From an uncultured bacterium (GTDB lineage: Bacteria > Patescibacteriota > Minisyncoccia > Phycocordibacterales > PALSA-1337): a stretch of 48,438 nucleotides of DNA. The stretch is taken from positions 1 to 48,438 of the forward strand of contig CAIPHR010000073.1 of assembly GCA_903864905.1 (NCBI GenBank), written 5' to 3'. Shown here one piece after another: positions 16,763-25,236 of the stretch (position 1 is the first letter of the stretch; every line of letters starts with the position of its first letter). The notes beneath the pieces were generated by a model that did no database searches, was not told the origin of the DNA, and saw only the letters and a program-made list of their open reading frames with translations. Position numbers and translations under genes: made by a program.

Positions 16763-19447
16763 ATGGCCCTACACCCCAATTTTCCGAAAGACCCATATGC
16801 AATCATGGACCCGAGCATCCGGTGGTTTCCTGCTGACGAGGATTTGCGTGAAAAAGGCTTTGATAAGCTGATACCGCCGCTAGTGGCTGATCTGCGCAAG
16901 AAAGTAAAAGATTGGAGGGATAAGAGCTATGATGGCGCAAGCGCGACTTCCAAATCGCTGCTGAACTGGTGGTTCAAAGAAGATCATATCTTAGCTGATC
17001 AAAAAGGCGTCACTTATAACTTCAGATATTATTTCGCGCAGAGAGAGGCCGTAGAAACAGTCGTATGGCTATATGAAGTGGCGAAAGTAAAGGATAACCA
17101 TCATATGATCCGTTATAACTCGACCGGCGTTATAAGCGCGCAAATGTTCACTGAAGAATGGTTGAGGTTCGTCATAAAGATGGCCACAGGCGCCGGCAAG
17201 ACAAAAGTTATGAGTCTCGCTATTGCATGGGCTTATTTCCATAAGCTCTATGAGAAAGATTCCAATCTATCCAAGAATTTTCTTCTCATAACCCCCAATG
17301 TCATCGTCTTTGAAAGGATAAAGAACGATTTTGAAGGATTGAAAATATTCATGACTGACCCAGTTCTACCTGATAACGGATATCAGGGACAGAACTGGAG
17401 AGATGATTTTCAGGTGACATTGCATCTTCAGGACGATCTCCGGAGCATTTCAGACACGGGAAATATCTTTTTGACCAATATACACAGGGTCTTTGAAAGC
17501 GATATAAATGAAAGAAGTGCAGAAGATGAAGATTCATCGGATTATTTCCTTGGCGAAAAGCCAGTGACTAAAACAAATGATTCGACTGTAGATTTGGGAA
17601 TGATAGTAAGGGATATGGATGAATTGATAGTAATCAATGACGAGGCGCATCATCTACATGATGAAAAATCTGCATGGGTAAAGTCTATCGAGGATATTCA
17701 TAACCGTTTGAAGCTCAAAGGAAACAGATTGGCACTGCAGTTGGATTTGACCGCAACACCAAAGAAGAACGACGGCTCGATTTTCGTACAGACGATCTCC
17801 GATTATCCCTTGGTCGAAGCCATACATCAACGCATAGTAAAGAATCCTGTGGTTCCTGATGCTGCCAGCCGTGGAAAGTTGAAGGAGAATCAAAGCGCTT
17901 TATTCAGCGAGAAATATAGGGATTATATAAACCTCGGCATTGAAGAGTGGAGAAAGACTTATAAAACTTTTGAGCCGACAGGGAAGAAATCGATCTTGTT
18001 CATCATGACTGATGATACCAAGAATTGCGACGAGGTCGCCGAATATATACAGACGAGCTTCGCTGACTTAAAAGGCGCAGTATTGACTATCCATACTAAC
18101 AAGAGCGGTGAGATCTCGGAAAGCGTGACAGGGAAAAATAAAGAAGAGCTGGATAAATTGAGAAAACAGTCAAACGATATCGATAGCTGGGAGAGTCCCT
18201 ATAAAGTTATCGTGTCCGTGCTCATGCTCAAGGAAGGGTGGGACGTAAAAAATGTTACTACTATCGTCGGACTCAGGCCGTATGCAGCCGATTCCAAGAT
18301 ATTGCCAGAACAAACACTAGGAAGAGGTCTACGCCGAATGTTTTTCGGTGACGATAGTATTGAAGAATATGTAAGCGTTGTAGGTACACCTGCATTTATG
18401 GAATTCGTTGAGTCAATAAATGGGGAAGGTGTTATCTTGGAGCATAAACCGATGGGAATTGGTTCAGAACCAATCACACCTACTGTAATCGAGGTTGATA
18501 AGGATAATCCCAAAAAAGATATTGAGAAGCTGGATATCGAGATTCCGGTGATGTCTCCGCGAATTCAGAGAGAATACAAGAATCTCGTCGAGTTGGATGT
18601 TTCAAAATTTGGCAATAAGAAAGTGTCGGTTAAGGTCTTTTCTGAACAGGAAAAACGCGAAATAGTCTTCAAGGATGTTGTGGGCGAAAAGACTCATCAT
18701 ACGACCATACTTACCGGAGAGATCGAGCCGAACTATCAAAGCGTCGTCGGATTTTTCGCTCAAGCGATTATGAGAGATCTAAGGCTTTTCGGATGTTATG
18801 ACATCTTGTTCGGCAAAGTAAAAGAATTTATAGGCAACCACATGTTCGATAAGCCCATCGAACTGTCTGATCTGAATACGCTTAGAAATCTATCCGAAAT
18901 CGAACACATAAAGCTGATCAAGGAATCTTTCAAGAAGGCTATCAACGAGCTTACTGTTCAAGATAAAGGAGATACGGAGATAAAGAATTATATAAAAATA
19001 AGCGAGGCTCGTCCGTTCGTTGTGAACAATAAGTCCTATTTATTGCCCAAAAAGTCTGTCTTCAACAAGATTGTCGGCGATAGCGATTTCGAGCTTGAGT
19101 TCTCCAATTTTATCGAGAACTGCGATGATGTGATCTCATTCTCAAAGAATTTCCAGAATAAAGAGGCAAGCGCACTCCGCATTGAATATAAAAATGCCGA
19201 GGGATTCATCGCTACCTATTATCCTGACTTCTTTGTTAAGAAAGACGATAAAACTGTCTATATCATCGAGACAAAGGGAAGAGAGGAGGAAGATGATAAG
19301 CTGAAATTCGAGAGGCTCCTTAAGTGGTGCGAGGATGTAAATGATAGACAAACCAAGATGGTCTACAAAGCCTTGTATATTAGACAAGAAGAATGGAACA
19401 AAGATAAAGTTAAGAACTTTGAAGAATTAACCTCCGTTTATAAATAA
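16763..19447 (+). CDS. res: Type III restriction enzyme Res subunit (SF2 helicase plus PD-(D/E)xK nuclease)
   Basis: 894 aa. Walker A MATGAGKTKVM, DEAH box INDEAHHL, motif VI-like QTLGRGLRR, and C-terminal YYPDF...YIIETKG. Confidence 0.85.
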   Translation: MALHPNFPKDPYAIMDPSIRWFPADEDLREKGFDKLIPPLVADLRKKVKDWRDKSYDGASATSKSLLNWWFKEDHILADQKGVTYNFRYYFAQREAVETVVWLYEVAKVKDNHHMIRYNSTGVISAQMFTEEWLRFVIKMATGAGKTKVMSLAIAWAYFHKLYEKDSNLSKNFLLITPNVIVFERIKNDFEGLKIFMTDPVLPDNGYQGQNWRDDFQVTLHLQDDLRSISDTGNIFLTNIHRVFESDINERSAEDEDSSDYFLGEKPVTKTNDSTVDLGMIVRDMDELIVINDEAHHLHDEKSAWVKSIEDIHNRLKLKGNRLALQLDLTATPKKNDGSIFVQTISDYPLVEAIHQRIVKNPVVPDAASRGKLKENQSALFSEKYRDYINLGIEEWRKTYKTFEPTGKKSILFIMTDDTKNCDEVAEYIQTSFADLKGAVLTIHTNKSGEISESVTGKNKEELDKLRKQSNDIDSWESPYKVIVSVLMLKEGWDVKNVTTIVGLRPYAADSKILPEQTLGRGLRRMFFGDDSIEEYVSVVGTPAFMEFVESINGEGVILEHKPMGIGSEPITPTVIEVDKDNPKKDIEKLDIEIPVMSPRIQREYKNLVELDVSKFGNKKVSVKVFSEQEKREIVFKDVVGEKTHHTTILTGEIEPNYQSVVGFFAQAIMRDLRLFGCYDILFGKVKEFIGNHMFDKPIELSDLNTLRNLSEIEHIKLIKESFKKAINELTVQDKGDTEIKNYIKISEARPFVVNNKSYLLPKKSVFNKIVGDSDFELEFSNFIENCDDVISFSKNFQNKEASALRIEYKNAEGFIATYYPDFFVKKDDKTVYIIETKGREEEDDKLKFERLLKWCEDVNDRQTKMVYKALYIRQEEWNKDKVKNFEELTSVYK

Positions 19448-19448
19448 T

Positions 19449-19979
19449 ATGGGACCACTGATTGTCATCATAGTAATAGTTGTTGTCATCCTGTGGTATC
19501 GGAGGAGAAATAAACCTCACGCAGAGAACAAATTTGATGTCCACGCATTTCTTCATGCCCAACCCAGTTACGATCTTAACATCTATAAAAAGAAACAATA
19601 TCTGTTTGACACCTCGTCAGAGTTTCTTTTTTTCAATATTGTCACCGAAATTATTGGTGCTGATTATTATGTTTTTCCTCAAATAAATTATTCACACATT
19701 ATTGCTACTCGGTCTGGATCATCCTATGAAAATCGAAGATATAGAAGTCATATTGAAAAAAAGTCAGCTGATTTTGTAGTATGTGACAAAAAGACGTGTA
19801 TGCCTCTGTTGGTTATCGATTTGGACGGATCAGTGCATGATAGGCCAGATATACATGAAAAAGATGTCGAGATAGATGAAATACTTAAGGCTATTAATTT
19901 GCCAATACTGCGATTGACTAATGAGGAGTCAAAAGATAGGGAATTAGTTAAGGAGAAAATCTTTAAGATAATTAGATGA
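19449..19979 (+). CDS. DUF2726-like (NERD/endonuclease-related) protein with N-terminal TM helix
   Basis: 176 aa. KKSADFVVCDKKTCMPLLVIDLDGSVHD resembles the DUF2726 core. The start lies 1 nt after the res stop. Confidence 0.55.
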   Translation: MGPLIVIIVIVVVILWYRRRNKPHAENKFDVHAFLHAQPSYDLNIYKKKQYLFDTSSEFLFFNIVTEIIGADYYVFPQINYSHIIATRSGSSYENRRYRSHIEKKSADFVVCDKKTCMPLLVIDLDGSVHDRPDIHEKDVEIDEILKAINLPILRLTNEESKDRELVKEKIFKIIR

Positions 19980-20749
19980 TACAAAATATCTTTTCACATT
20001 ATTGGTCATACGGTCCCTTACAAACATATCTAGCAGTAGCTTTCAGCTTCTTACTTATTTTGCCGTACATGTGGTATTGGACACGGGAAAGCGATAAAAC
20101 TAGAAGGATGGTACTTGTGGTGATAGCGAGTGGTGTGATTATCGTTCCAGCCAGTATTTATCTAGAATATTTGGTCCACAATAAAATCATATACCAGGCA
20201 CTGTTTGAAGAATCTCTGAAACTAATAATGTTATTAGTTTTTATTTACTTATTTAGAATAGATAAGAAGAACATAATTGTTTATGGAATATTGATAGCTC
20301 TAGGTTTTGCATTTTTTGAGAATGCTATTTTTGCACTTCAACCATTATCGGAGTCGTTGACTTCCATGGGTATTCTGTTGATTAATCGATTCATGGGCGC
20401 AACGAATTTACACATATTAACAACAGGGCTTATTAGCCTGGCTATCTCACAGTATTATTCTTCGAAGCGGTCTAGAATATTTCTAATTTTGGTTCCCGTC
20501 TATTTTGTTACTTCCGTCGTACTTCATTCGGGGTTTAATTCATTAGTATCGGGCAATTCAATCATATGGTACGCTTTTGCCATTATTTGGTTTTTCTCTA
20601 TTCTGTTTGTTTGTTTGAAATATAGCTATGACTTATCAGTCAATCATGAAGTGTTTCAGTACAACAAATTCTCTGAAAATATCTATATATTTTTAATTAT
20701 AGCGATAGGTGTACCACTGGTGGCAAGTTATTTCCTCAGTATAGTTTAA
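19976..20749 (+). CDS. Polytopic membrane protein, PrsW-family intramembrane protease-like
   Basis: 257 aa with about 7 TM helices. Motifs FEESLKL, GFAFFENAIF, NLHILTTG and HSGFNS resemble PrsW EExxK/FxxxE/HxxxN. Its start codon overlaps the upstream stop codon (ATGA). Confidence 0.45.
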   Translation: MIQNIFSHYWSYGPLQTYLAVAFSFLLILPYMWYWTRESDKTRRMVLVVIASGVIIVPASIYLEYLVHNKIIYQALFEESLKLIMLLVFIYLFRIDKKNIIVYGILIALGFAFFENAIFALQPLSESLTSMGILLINRFMGATNLHILTTGLISLAISQYYSSKRSRIFLILVPVYFVTSVVLHSGFNSLVSGNSIIWYAFAIIWFFSILFVCLKYSYDLSVNHEVFQYNKFSENIYIFLIIAIGVPLVASYFLSIV

Positions 20750-20779
20750 AGTCTGATTAGCATTTTTCTAGAATCGGCA

Positions 20780-20785
20780 TATAAT
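20780..20785 (+). promoter_or_regulatory. -10 box TATAAT, 6 nt upstream of the ATG at 20792 (leaderless-type)
   Basis: Read directly; no SD sequence between the box and the ATG. Confidence 0.4.
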
Positions 20786-20791
20786 TAGCCC

Positions 20792-22105
20792 ATGAAAACC
20801 AACCTAAAAGTAAACATCGCCAAAGATGAATATGGTCATGACCTCGTGATCGACATTGGTGTGCTTAAAAATTTATTTATTGCCGGGATGTCTGGATCAG
20901 GCAAGTCTACGATATTGCACAACATAATAAGCACGCTGATCGCCAATAATAACCCAAATGAATTAAAATTGATATTGATAGATCCTAAGCGTATAGAACT
21001 CAGTGTTTATACTAGTGTCCCTCATCTCCTCACACCTACGATCATTGACCCCAAGAAGGCAGTACTGGTACTGAAGTGGTCTGCTAAGGAGATAGGACGA
21101 AGGCTTGATACATTGAAGAACAATAACTGCAAAGATATCAATGCATATCATAGAGATGTACTAGGCCATGCTATCGAAAAGTTTAATAAACGTGTAAAGT
21201 CTGACGAAGAAGATCATTTTAGTACATCAACATTGCCAGAGACAATGCCCAATATGGTCATCGTTATAGACGACCTTTCAAACTTGCTGCAAACATATCC
21301 AAAGGAAACGATATCTACAATATTGCAAGTTATCGAACTCGGTCATTCTGTGGGAGTATATTTCATCTTTACATCGACAAGAGTTGGTCAGAAGATATTT
21401 GGCAAAGAATTGCAGAGTGCCATGGGTGCTCGCATCGCTCTGCAGATGTCTGCGACCGCAGACTCGAGGCTTGTTATGGGAACCACTGATGCCTGTCAAC
21501 TACATGACCCTGGAGATATGTTATTCCGTGATGGTAAAAAATATATTGTTCGCGGGCAGGTCAATATGTTCACATACGAGGAGGCGCAATCCATAGCGAA
21601 AACAGTATACGATCAATATAAGGATGAAATTACTGATAGTATCAATTTTGGATCACCAACAGCTGGCGCATCTGCCGTATTCGACGCTTTGAATAGGGAG
21701 TCTTTGGAGGATAATGATGATATGTATGAACCTGCTAAGGAGTTTGTGGTTTCGCGAGGAAAGGCATCCACGTCATTCATTCAACGCGGACTCGGTATAG
21801 GCTATTCTAGGGCGGCTAAATTAATGGATCTTCTGGAAGATAGGGGAGTTATCGGTCCTGCAAATGGAAGTGAACCGAGGAAGGTAATGGGTCAGGATAC
21901 TGCAGATCAAGATGATAATGAAATATATGAGAAAGTTCGAAAGCTAGTAATTTCTTCAGGTCAGGTCTCATCCTCATTTATTCACGACAAAATTGGTATA
22001 GGGTATTCTCGGGCAGTACTAATGATGGCAAAGCTCGAACGAGAGGGGGTTATTGGACCAGCGAGCTCTAATAAACCGAGGAAGGTTCTGGTGGCAAAAG
22101 AGTAA
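20792..22105 (+). CDS. FtsK/SpoIIIE-family DNA translocase: motor domain without membrane anchor, with two tandem gamma (winged-helix) domains
   Basis: 437 aa. Walker A GMSGSGKST, Walker B VIVIDDLSNL, ARIALQMSATADSRLVMG..GDMLF. Two gamma-like copies: ASTSFIQRGLGIGYSRAAKLMDLLEDRGVIGP and VSSSFIHDKIGIGYSRAVLMMAKLEREGVIGP. Confidence 0.85.
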   Translation: MKTNLKVNIAKDEYGHDLVIDIGVLKNLFIAGMSGSGKSTILHNIISTLIANNNPNELKLILIDPKRIELSVYTSVPHLLTPTIIDPKKAVLVLKWSAKEIGRRLDTLKNNNCKDINAYHRDVLGHAIEKFNKRVKSDEEDHFSTSTLPETMPNMVIVIDDLSNLLQTYPKETISTILQVIELGHSVGVYFIFTSTRVGQKIFGKELQSAMGARIALQMSATADSRLVMGTTDACQLHDPGDMLFRDGKKYIVRGQVNMFTYEEAQSIAKTVYDQYKDEITDSINFGSPTAGASAVFDALNRESLEDNDDMYEPAKEFVVSRGKASTSFIQRGLGIGYSRAAKLMDLLEDRGVIGPANGSEPRKVMGQDTADQDDNEIYEKVRKLVISSGQVSSSFIHDKIGIGYSRAVLMMAKLEREGVIGPASSNKPRKVLVAKE

Positions 22106-22121
22106 TCATGCGCAAACTAAT

Positions 22122-22319
22122 ATGAATAAGCCAACTAAGTGTCCTAATTGCAAATCGAACAAAATCAAACCTATTGTTTACGGTCTAATGCGCAAGCGTT
22201 CATTTTGGGAGTATTTATTTCCGAAGACATATATTGCTGGCGGATGTTGTGTAGACGAAGATAGTCCGACTTGGTTCTGTGCAAGATGTAAAAATACGTG
22301 GGGAGTTGATGCGAGATAA
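22122..22319 (+). CDS. Small zinc-ribbon protein (CxxC...CxxC)
   Basis: 65 aa from the internal ATG (MNKPTKCPNCKSNK...WFCARCKNTW). The longer ORF-track start overlaps the FtsK-like gene. Confidence 0.45.
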   Translation: MNKPTKCPNCKSNKIKPIVYGLMRKRSFWEYLFPKTYIAGGCCVDEDSPTWFCARCKNTWGVDAR

Positions 22320-22411
22320 TGTACTTTAGAATCCCGGTACTTATGGAACCGCTGTTCTGTCGATTGTATTCAAGCTAAATGAGACATTTCTCACTCGCCC
22401 GTCCAAACTTG

Positions 22412-22483
22412 TTGCGGGGGCCGGAATCGCACCGACAATTTTCAGGTTATGAGCCTGACGGGTTACTGTTACCCTACCCCGCG
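22412..22483 (-). tRNA. Atypical tRNA with CAU anticodon (initiator-like C1xA72 mismatch; non-canonical D and T loops)
   Basis: Reverse complement folds as CGCGGGG-TA-GGGT-AACAGTA-ACCC-G-TCAGG-CTCATAA-CCTGA-AAATT-GTCGG-TGCGATT-CCGGC-CCCCGCA-A (72 nt). The D loop lacks GG and the T loop has G at position 55. No CCA is encoded. Confidence 0.6.
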
Positions 22484-22555
22484 ATTTCTCGCTAATGGGT
22501 CTATTCTGACACATCTCATGGGGGAATACAAGTATTTGAAAATATAGTCGAACCA

Positions 22556-22564
22556 TGCTATAGT
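22556..22564 (+). promoter_or_regulatory. Extended -10 box TGCTATAGT upstream of the ORF at 22578
   Basis: Read directly; 13 nt to the ATG, implying a very short leader. Confidence 0.4.
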
Positions 22565-22577
22565 CTGACTTGTATAC

Positions 22578-23288
22578 ATGTCTAGGTTCGAATTAAAACC
22601 AAGGGCGCACGCATTACGTAAATCAGGGAAGAGTATTCTTGAGATTTCTCGTCTCGTTGGAATATCAAAAAGTACGTCTTCACTATGGTGTCGTGATGTT
22701 GAGTTGACACCATTACAAAGGAATAATTTGAGAGAAAAAATGATACGTGATGGACACGCAGGGCGATTGAAGGGTGCTCAGGTGAATAGGGAAAAGAGAG
22801 TCTCGGCACTAGAAGGGGCAGCGGTATGGGCTAAAAGTATTATGGGCTCTATGTCGAAAAGAGACCGATTGGTGATGGGGGTAGCCCTATACTGGGCTGA
22901 GGGTAGTAAGGCTATGACAACAACAGGTTTTGTCTTTGTAAATTCAGATCCTTCAATGATCAGGTCTATGTATGAGTGGATGGTCAATGCCATAGGTGTT
23001 CCAAAAGAAGACATATCTGTGCAGATTTTCATCAATGAGATTCACCGATACAGGATTAATGACGTTTTGAAATTTTGGTCGTCTCTGCTAGACTTATCGC
23101 CAGATAGTTTCGCGAAGACTTCATTTGCCAAATCAGTGCAAAAAAAGGTATATGACAATCACGACAAACACTGCGGTATGTTGAGATTGACTGTTAGACG
23201 AAGTACCTTGCTAAAATATCGAGTATTGAAAATGATCGAGATAATAAAAGCCGGCGTAGCTCAGGTGGTTAGAGCGAACGCTTCATAA
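22578..23288 (+). CDS. HTH plus single-motif LAGLIDADG-like putative homing endonuclease
   Basis: 236 aa. N-terminal HTH SILEISRLVGISKSTSSLWCRDV. LAGLIDADG-like block LVMGVALYWAEGSK followed by FVFVNSDPSMIRSMYEWM. The last 39 nt overlap the tRNA(CAU) gene. Confidence 0.4.
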   Translation: MSRFELKPRAHALRKSGKSILEISRLVGISKSTSSLWCRDVELTPLQRNNLREKMIRDGHAGRLKGAQVNREKRVSALEGAAVWAKSIMGSMSKRDRLVMGVALYWAEGSKAMTTTGFVFVNSDPSMIRSMYEWMVNAIGVPKEDISVQIFINEIHRYRINDVLKFWSSLLDLSPDSFAKTSFAKSVQKKVYDNHDKHCGMLRLTVRRSTLLKYRVLKMIEIIKAGVAQVVRANAS

Positions 23289-23323
23289 GCGTTAGGTCCC
23301 TGGTTCGAGTCCAGGCGTCGGCA
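23250..23323 (+). tRNA. tRNA with CAU anticodon, canonical (elongator Met or Ile2; cannot be distinguished here)
   Basis: GCCGGCG-TA-GCTC-AGGTGGTTA-GAGC-G-AACGC-TTCATAA-GCGTT-AGGTC-CCTGG-TTCGAGT-CCAGG-CGTCGGC-A. No CCA is encoded. Confidence 0.9.
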
Positions 23324-23507
23324 CAGATAGGTCTCTAGTTAGGTAGGAATAGTTAGATATCCACGGTAAATGGTGATATACAGCTTGGCATATAGGGTTC
23401 TGCTCTATGAAATTATCCGATTTCATGTATAATCATCCTTATCTGGTATTTGGCAAGGATCTATTCCCAGAAGGGGAGAAAATGATCTTTGATAGGTATC
23501 TGAAAAT

Positions 23508-23581
23508 GCGCCCGTAGTTTAGCTGGCTAGAACGCTCCCCTGTCACGGGAGAGGTCGTGGGTTCGAGTCCCATCGGGCGCG
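23508..23581 (+). tRNA. tRNA-Asp (GUC)
   Basis: GCGCCCG-TA-GTTT..-anticodon arm CTCCC-CTGTCAC-GGGAG, T arm GTGGG-TTCGAGT-CCCAT, 3' strand CGGGCGC-G. No CCA is encoded. Confidence 0.9.
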
Positions 23582-23632
23582 CACAAGAAAATGAGCATCT
23601 AGCTCATTTTTTGCGCCCGCGAAGAGCGAAGC
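23578..23632. repeat. Left copy of a 55-bp direct repeat (tRNA-Asp 3' tip, terminator, GCGCCCGCGAAGAGCGAAGC)
   Basis: Matches 28761-28815 at 54 of 55 positions, compared by eye. Confidence 0.85.
23588..23612 (+). terminator. Intrinsic terminator after tRNA-Asp
   Basis: AAAATGAGC-atcta-GCTCATTTT stem followed by a T-run. Confidence 0.7.
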
Positions 23633-23702
23633 TCTGAGAGGGACTCGAAAAGGCTGAATATATCGCACGGAACTCGAGCGAAGCGGAGCTTATCGAGGCT
23701 GA

Positions 23703-23849
23703 GTCGAGAAGTATGATAAACAAAAAGTATTGGATTTAATCAAGGCATCTTCTACGTTCAAGGCAGAAGACAAGTTTAGTCAGTCGTTCAAGGAATCGTT
23801 CGGTTTTGAGCCAACATACGGGGAGTTCAATAAACTTTTATTAGGATGA
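23703..23849 (+). pseudogene. C-terminal remnant of a peptidase-MA-like paralog of the gene at 35545-36189
   Basis: Start-less frame KQKVLDLIKASSTFKAEDKFSQSFKESFGFEPTYGEFNKLLLG*. It aligns with KQKLLDLIKGLKSITSQKEFTELFIKIYGIEPTYEKFNEFLRK of the intact gene. Confidence 0.6.
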
Positions 23850-23988
23850 TGTTGCTCGGGCAAATGTCGCGAAGTCAGAAGTGGTTAAACAGAGTACTGA
23901 GGGTATGATAAAACAATAGGGTACTATACCGCGGGGTAACTAAAAATTGGTATTCTCATTCCTAATCCACCCATATTATTCCTCACCT

Positions 23989-24088
23989 CAGTTCCAACGT
24001 CCTCCACTAGTCCGCGCATAAGTTTGGAGTTAATAGAGGTAAGCTGTAGGAAGTTTACGTTAGTAGTGCACTCGAACTGTGGTATAAT
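23989..24088 (+). repeat. Intergenic ~100-bp repeat element, copy 1 (includes the -10 box TGTGGTATAAT)
   Basis: A 58-bp core at 24022-24079 is identical to 25271-25328. The flanking 5' part is about 80% similar. Confidence 0.85.
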
Positions 24089-24095
24089 TTCGGGT

Positions 24096-24740
24096 ATGAA
24101 AAACTATCAAAAGGGGTTTGTGGTGCAATTATTAGTTATTGTTGCAATAGTAATCATTGGGGGAGGTGTGTATTATTTTGCTAAAAACGCATCGGTTGTA
24201 CAAAAGAGTGAAAATTCACCGACGAATAAACAAAACGTAGATCCGATTTCAGTAGGCAAAAAAGTGAATACAAGTGGTTGGAAAACATATACAAATAAGG
24301 CCTTTAAGTTATCCTTACAATATCCGACCTATATGACCGTAGAGGAGCTAGAAGGCGATACTGACTTTATTTTTGTAGCGATACAAGGACCGAAAACAAG
24401 TTCAGGTCAACCGGACGACAAACATTTTCCCTTTATCAATATGTCTGTAGCGAATAGTCCGCAGAAATGTGGGGCTAATACTTCGGGGGGTATATATGGT
24501 GGTGTTTCTGGAGCTTCTCTTAAAGAGAAAAAAATGGGTGACCATGTTTTTTCTTTCACTAAGAACTTACAGACAACTATATATGGGTCTAGTGATGAGT
24601 TAATTTATCTTCAGAAAATAGTACCTTGCGAGGCGATCACTGTGAATTTGTCTCCATCTCCATCGAGTGAGATTACTAGCATGGGATATAGTCAGATTGA
24701 GCTAGTAGATGCCATTATTTCCTCTATTAAGGATATATGA
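24096..24740 (+). CDS. Membrane-anchored secreted protein with WKTYTN...(L/F)(S/K)YP domain
   Basis: Start moved to the ATG at 24096, 7 nt after TATAAT. The TTG extension lies in the repeat, which is non-coding in copy 2. Has a TM helix and GWKTYTNKAFKLSLQYP. Confidence 0.65.
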   Translation: MKNYQKGFVVQLLVIVAIVIIGGGVYYFAKNASVVQKSENSPTNKQNVDPISVGKKVNTSGWKTYTNKAFKLSLQYPTYMTVEELEGDTDFIFVAIQGPKTSSGQPDDKHFPFINMSVANSPQKCGANTSGGIYGGVSGASLKEKKMGDHVFSFTKNLQTTIYGSSDELIYLQKIVPCEAITVNLSPSPSSEITSMGYSQIELVDAIISSIKDI

Positions 24741-25111
24741 CTCATAAAGTAAATAAAATTATTCGCGGATTCGCTTGGTCGTGGCTTGTTTTTAGTATTC
24801 TTATTTCTCTGCCATTAGGAGTTTTTATAGTAAGCATAATCATGGTCAATTTTTCCGGTGCTAAAAGTTTTGGCTCAATTGGTGTTTGTTTGCTGGTCTT
24901 ACTAATTCTTTATGGAATTCCACTAATAATCCTGAAATCAATAAAGAAAGATTTACCGATTATTTCAGGCGTGGATGCTGCCGATCATACAGTAGTAGGG
25001 AAGGAGGCAGGATTGAGTAATAAATCTGTAGTGATTATTTTAGTTGTTATTTTCCTAGTAATACTTATTATTGGTCCCTTGCTTCTGCTTCTAATGATTG
25101 GTCTCGGCTGA
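24737..25111 (+). CDS. Small polytopic membrane protein
   Basis: 124 aa with 3-4 hydrophobic helices. Its start codon overlaps the upstream stop codon (ATGA). Confidence 0.55.
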   Translation: MTHKVNKIIRGFAWSWLVFSILISLPLGVFIVSIIMVNFSGAKSFGSIGVCLLVLLILYGIPLIILKSIKKDLPIISGVDAADHTVVGKEAGLSNKSVVIILVVIFLVILIIGPLLLLLMIGLG

Positions 25112-25236
25112 TCACGTGAACAACAAATACTGTTGCTAAAATTCACCGCAACTTCATGAAAGATATAGTGTTTAAGATAGTGTGTAAACAAACACTGGTA
25201 TTTCTATTCTTAAATCATCTATAATCCTTCTAACCC

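Noticed and set aside
12150-22411. The whole 12-22 kb block as an element integrated at the 3' end of the minus-strand CAU tRNA.
   Set aside because: The only similarity to the tRNA 3' end found near 13.0 kb is a 7-nt match (GTTGCGG). There is no integrase, so the evidence is insufficient.
22341-22556. 71-aa minus-strand ORF.
   Set aside because: The region is better explained by the 72-nt CAU tRNA (22412-22483) plus its promoter and terminator flanks.
24024-24095. TTG-initiated N-terminal extension of the ORF at 24024-24740.
   Set aside because: The same sequence upstream of 25345 contains an in-frame stop, so the repeat is non-coding. The ATG at 24096 sits 7 nt after a TATAAT box.
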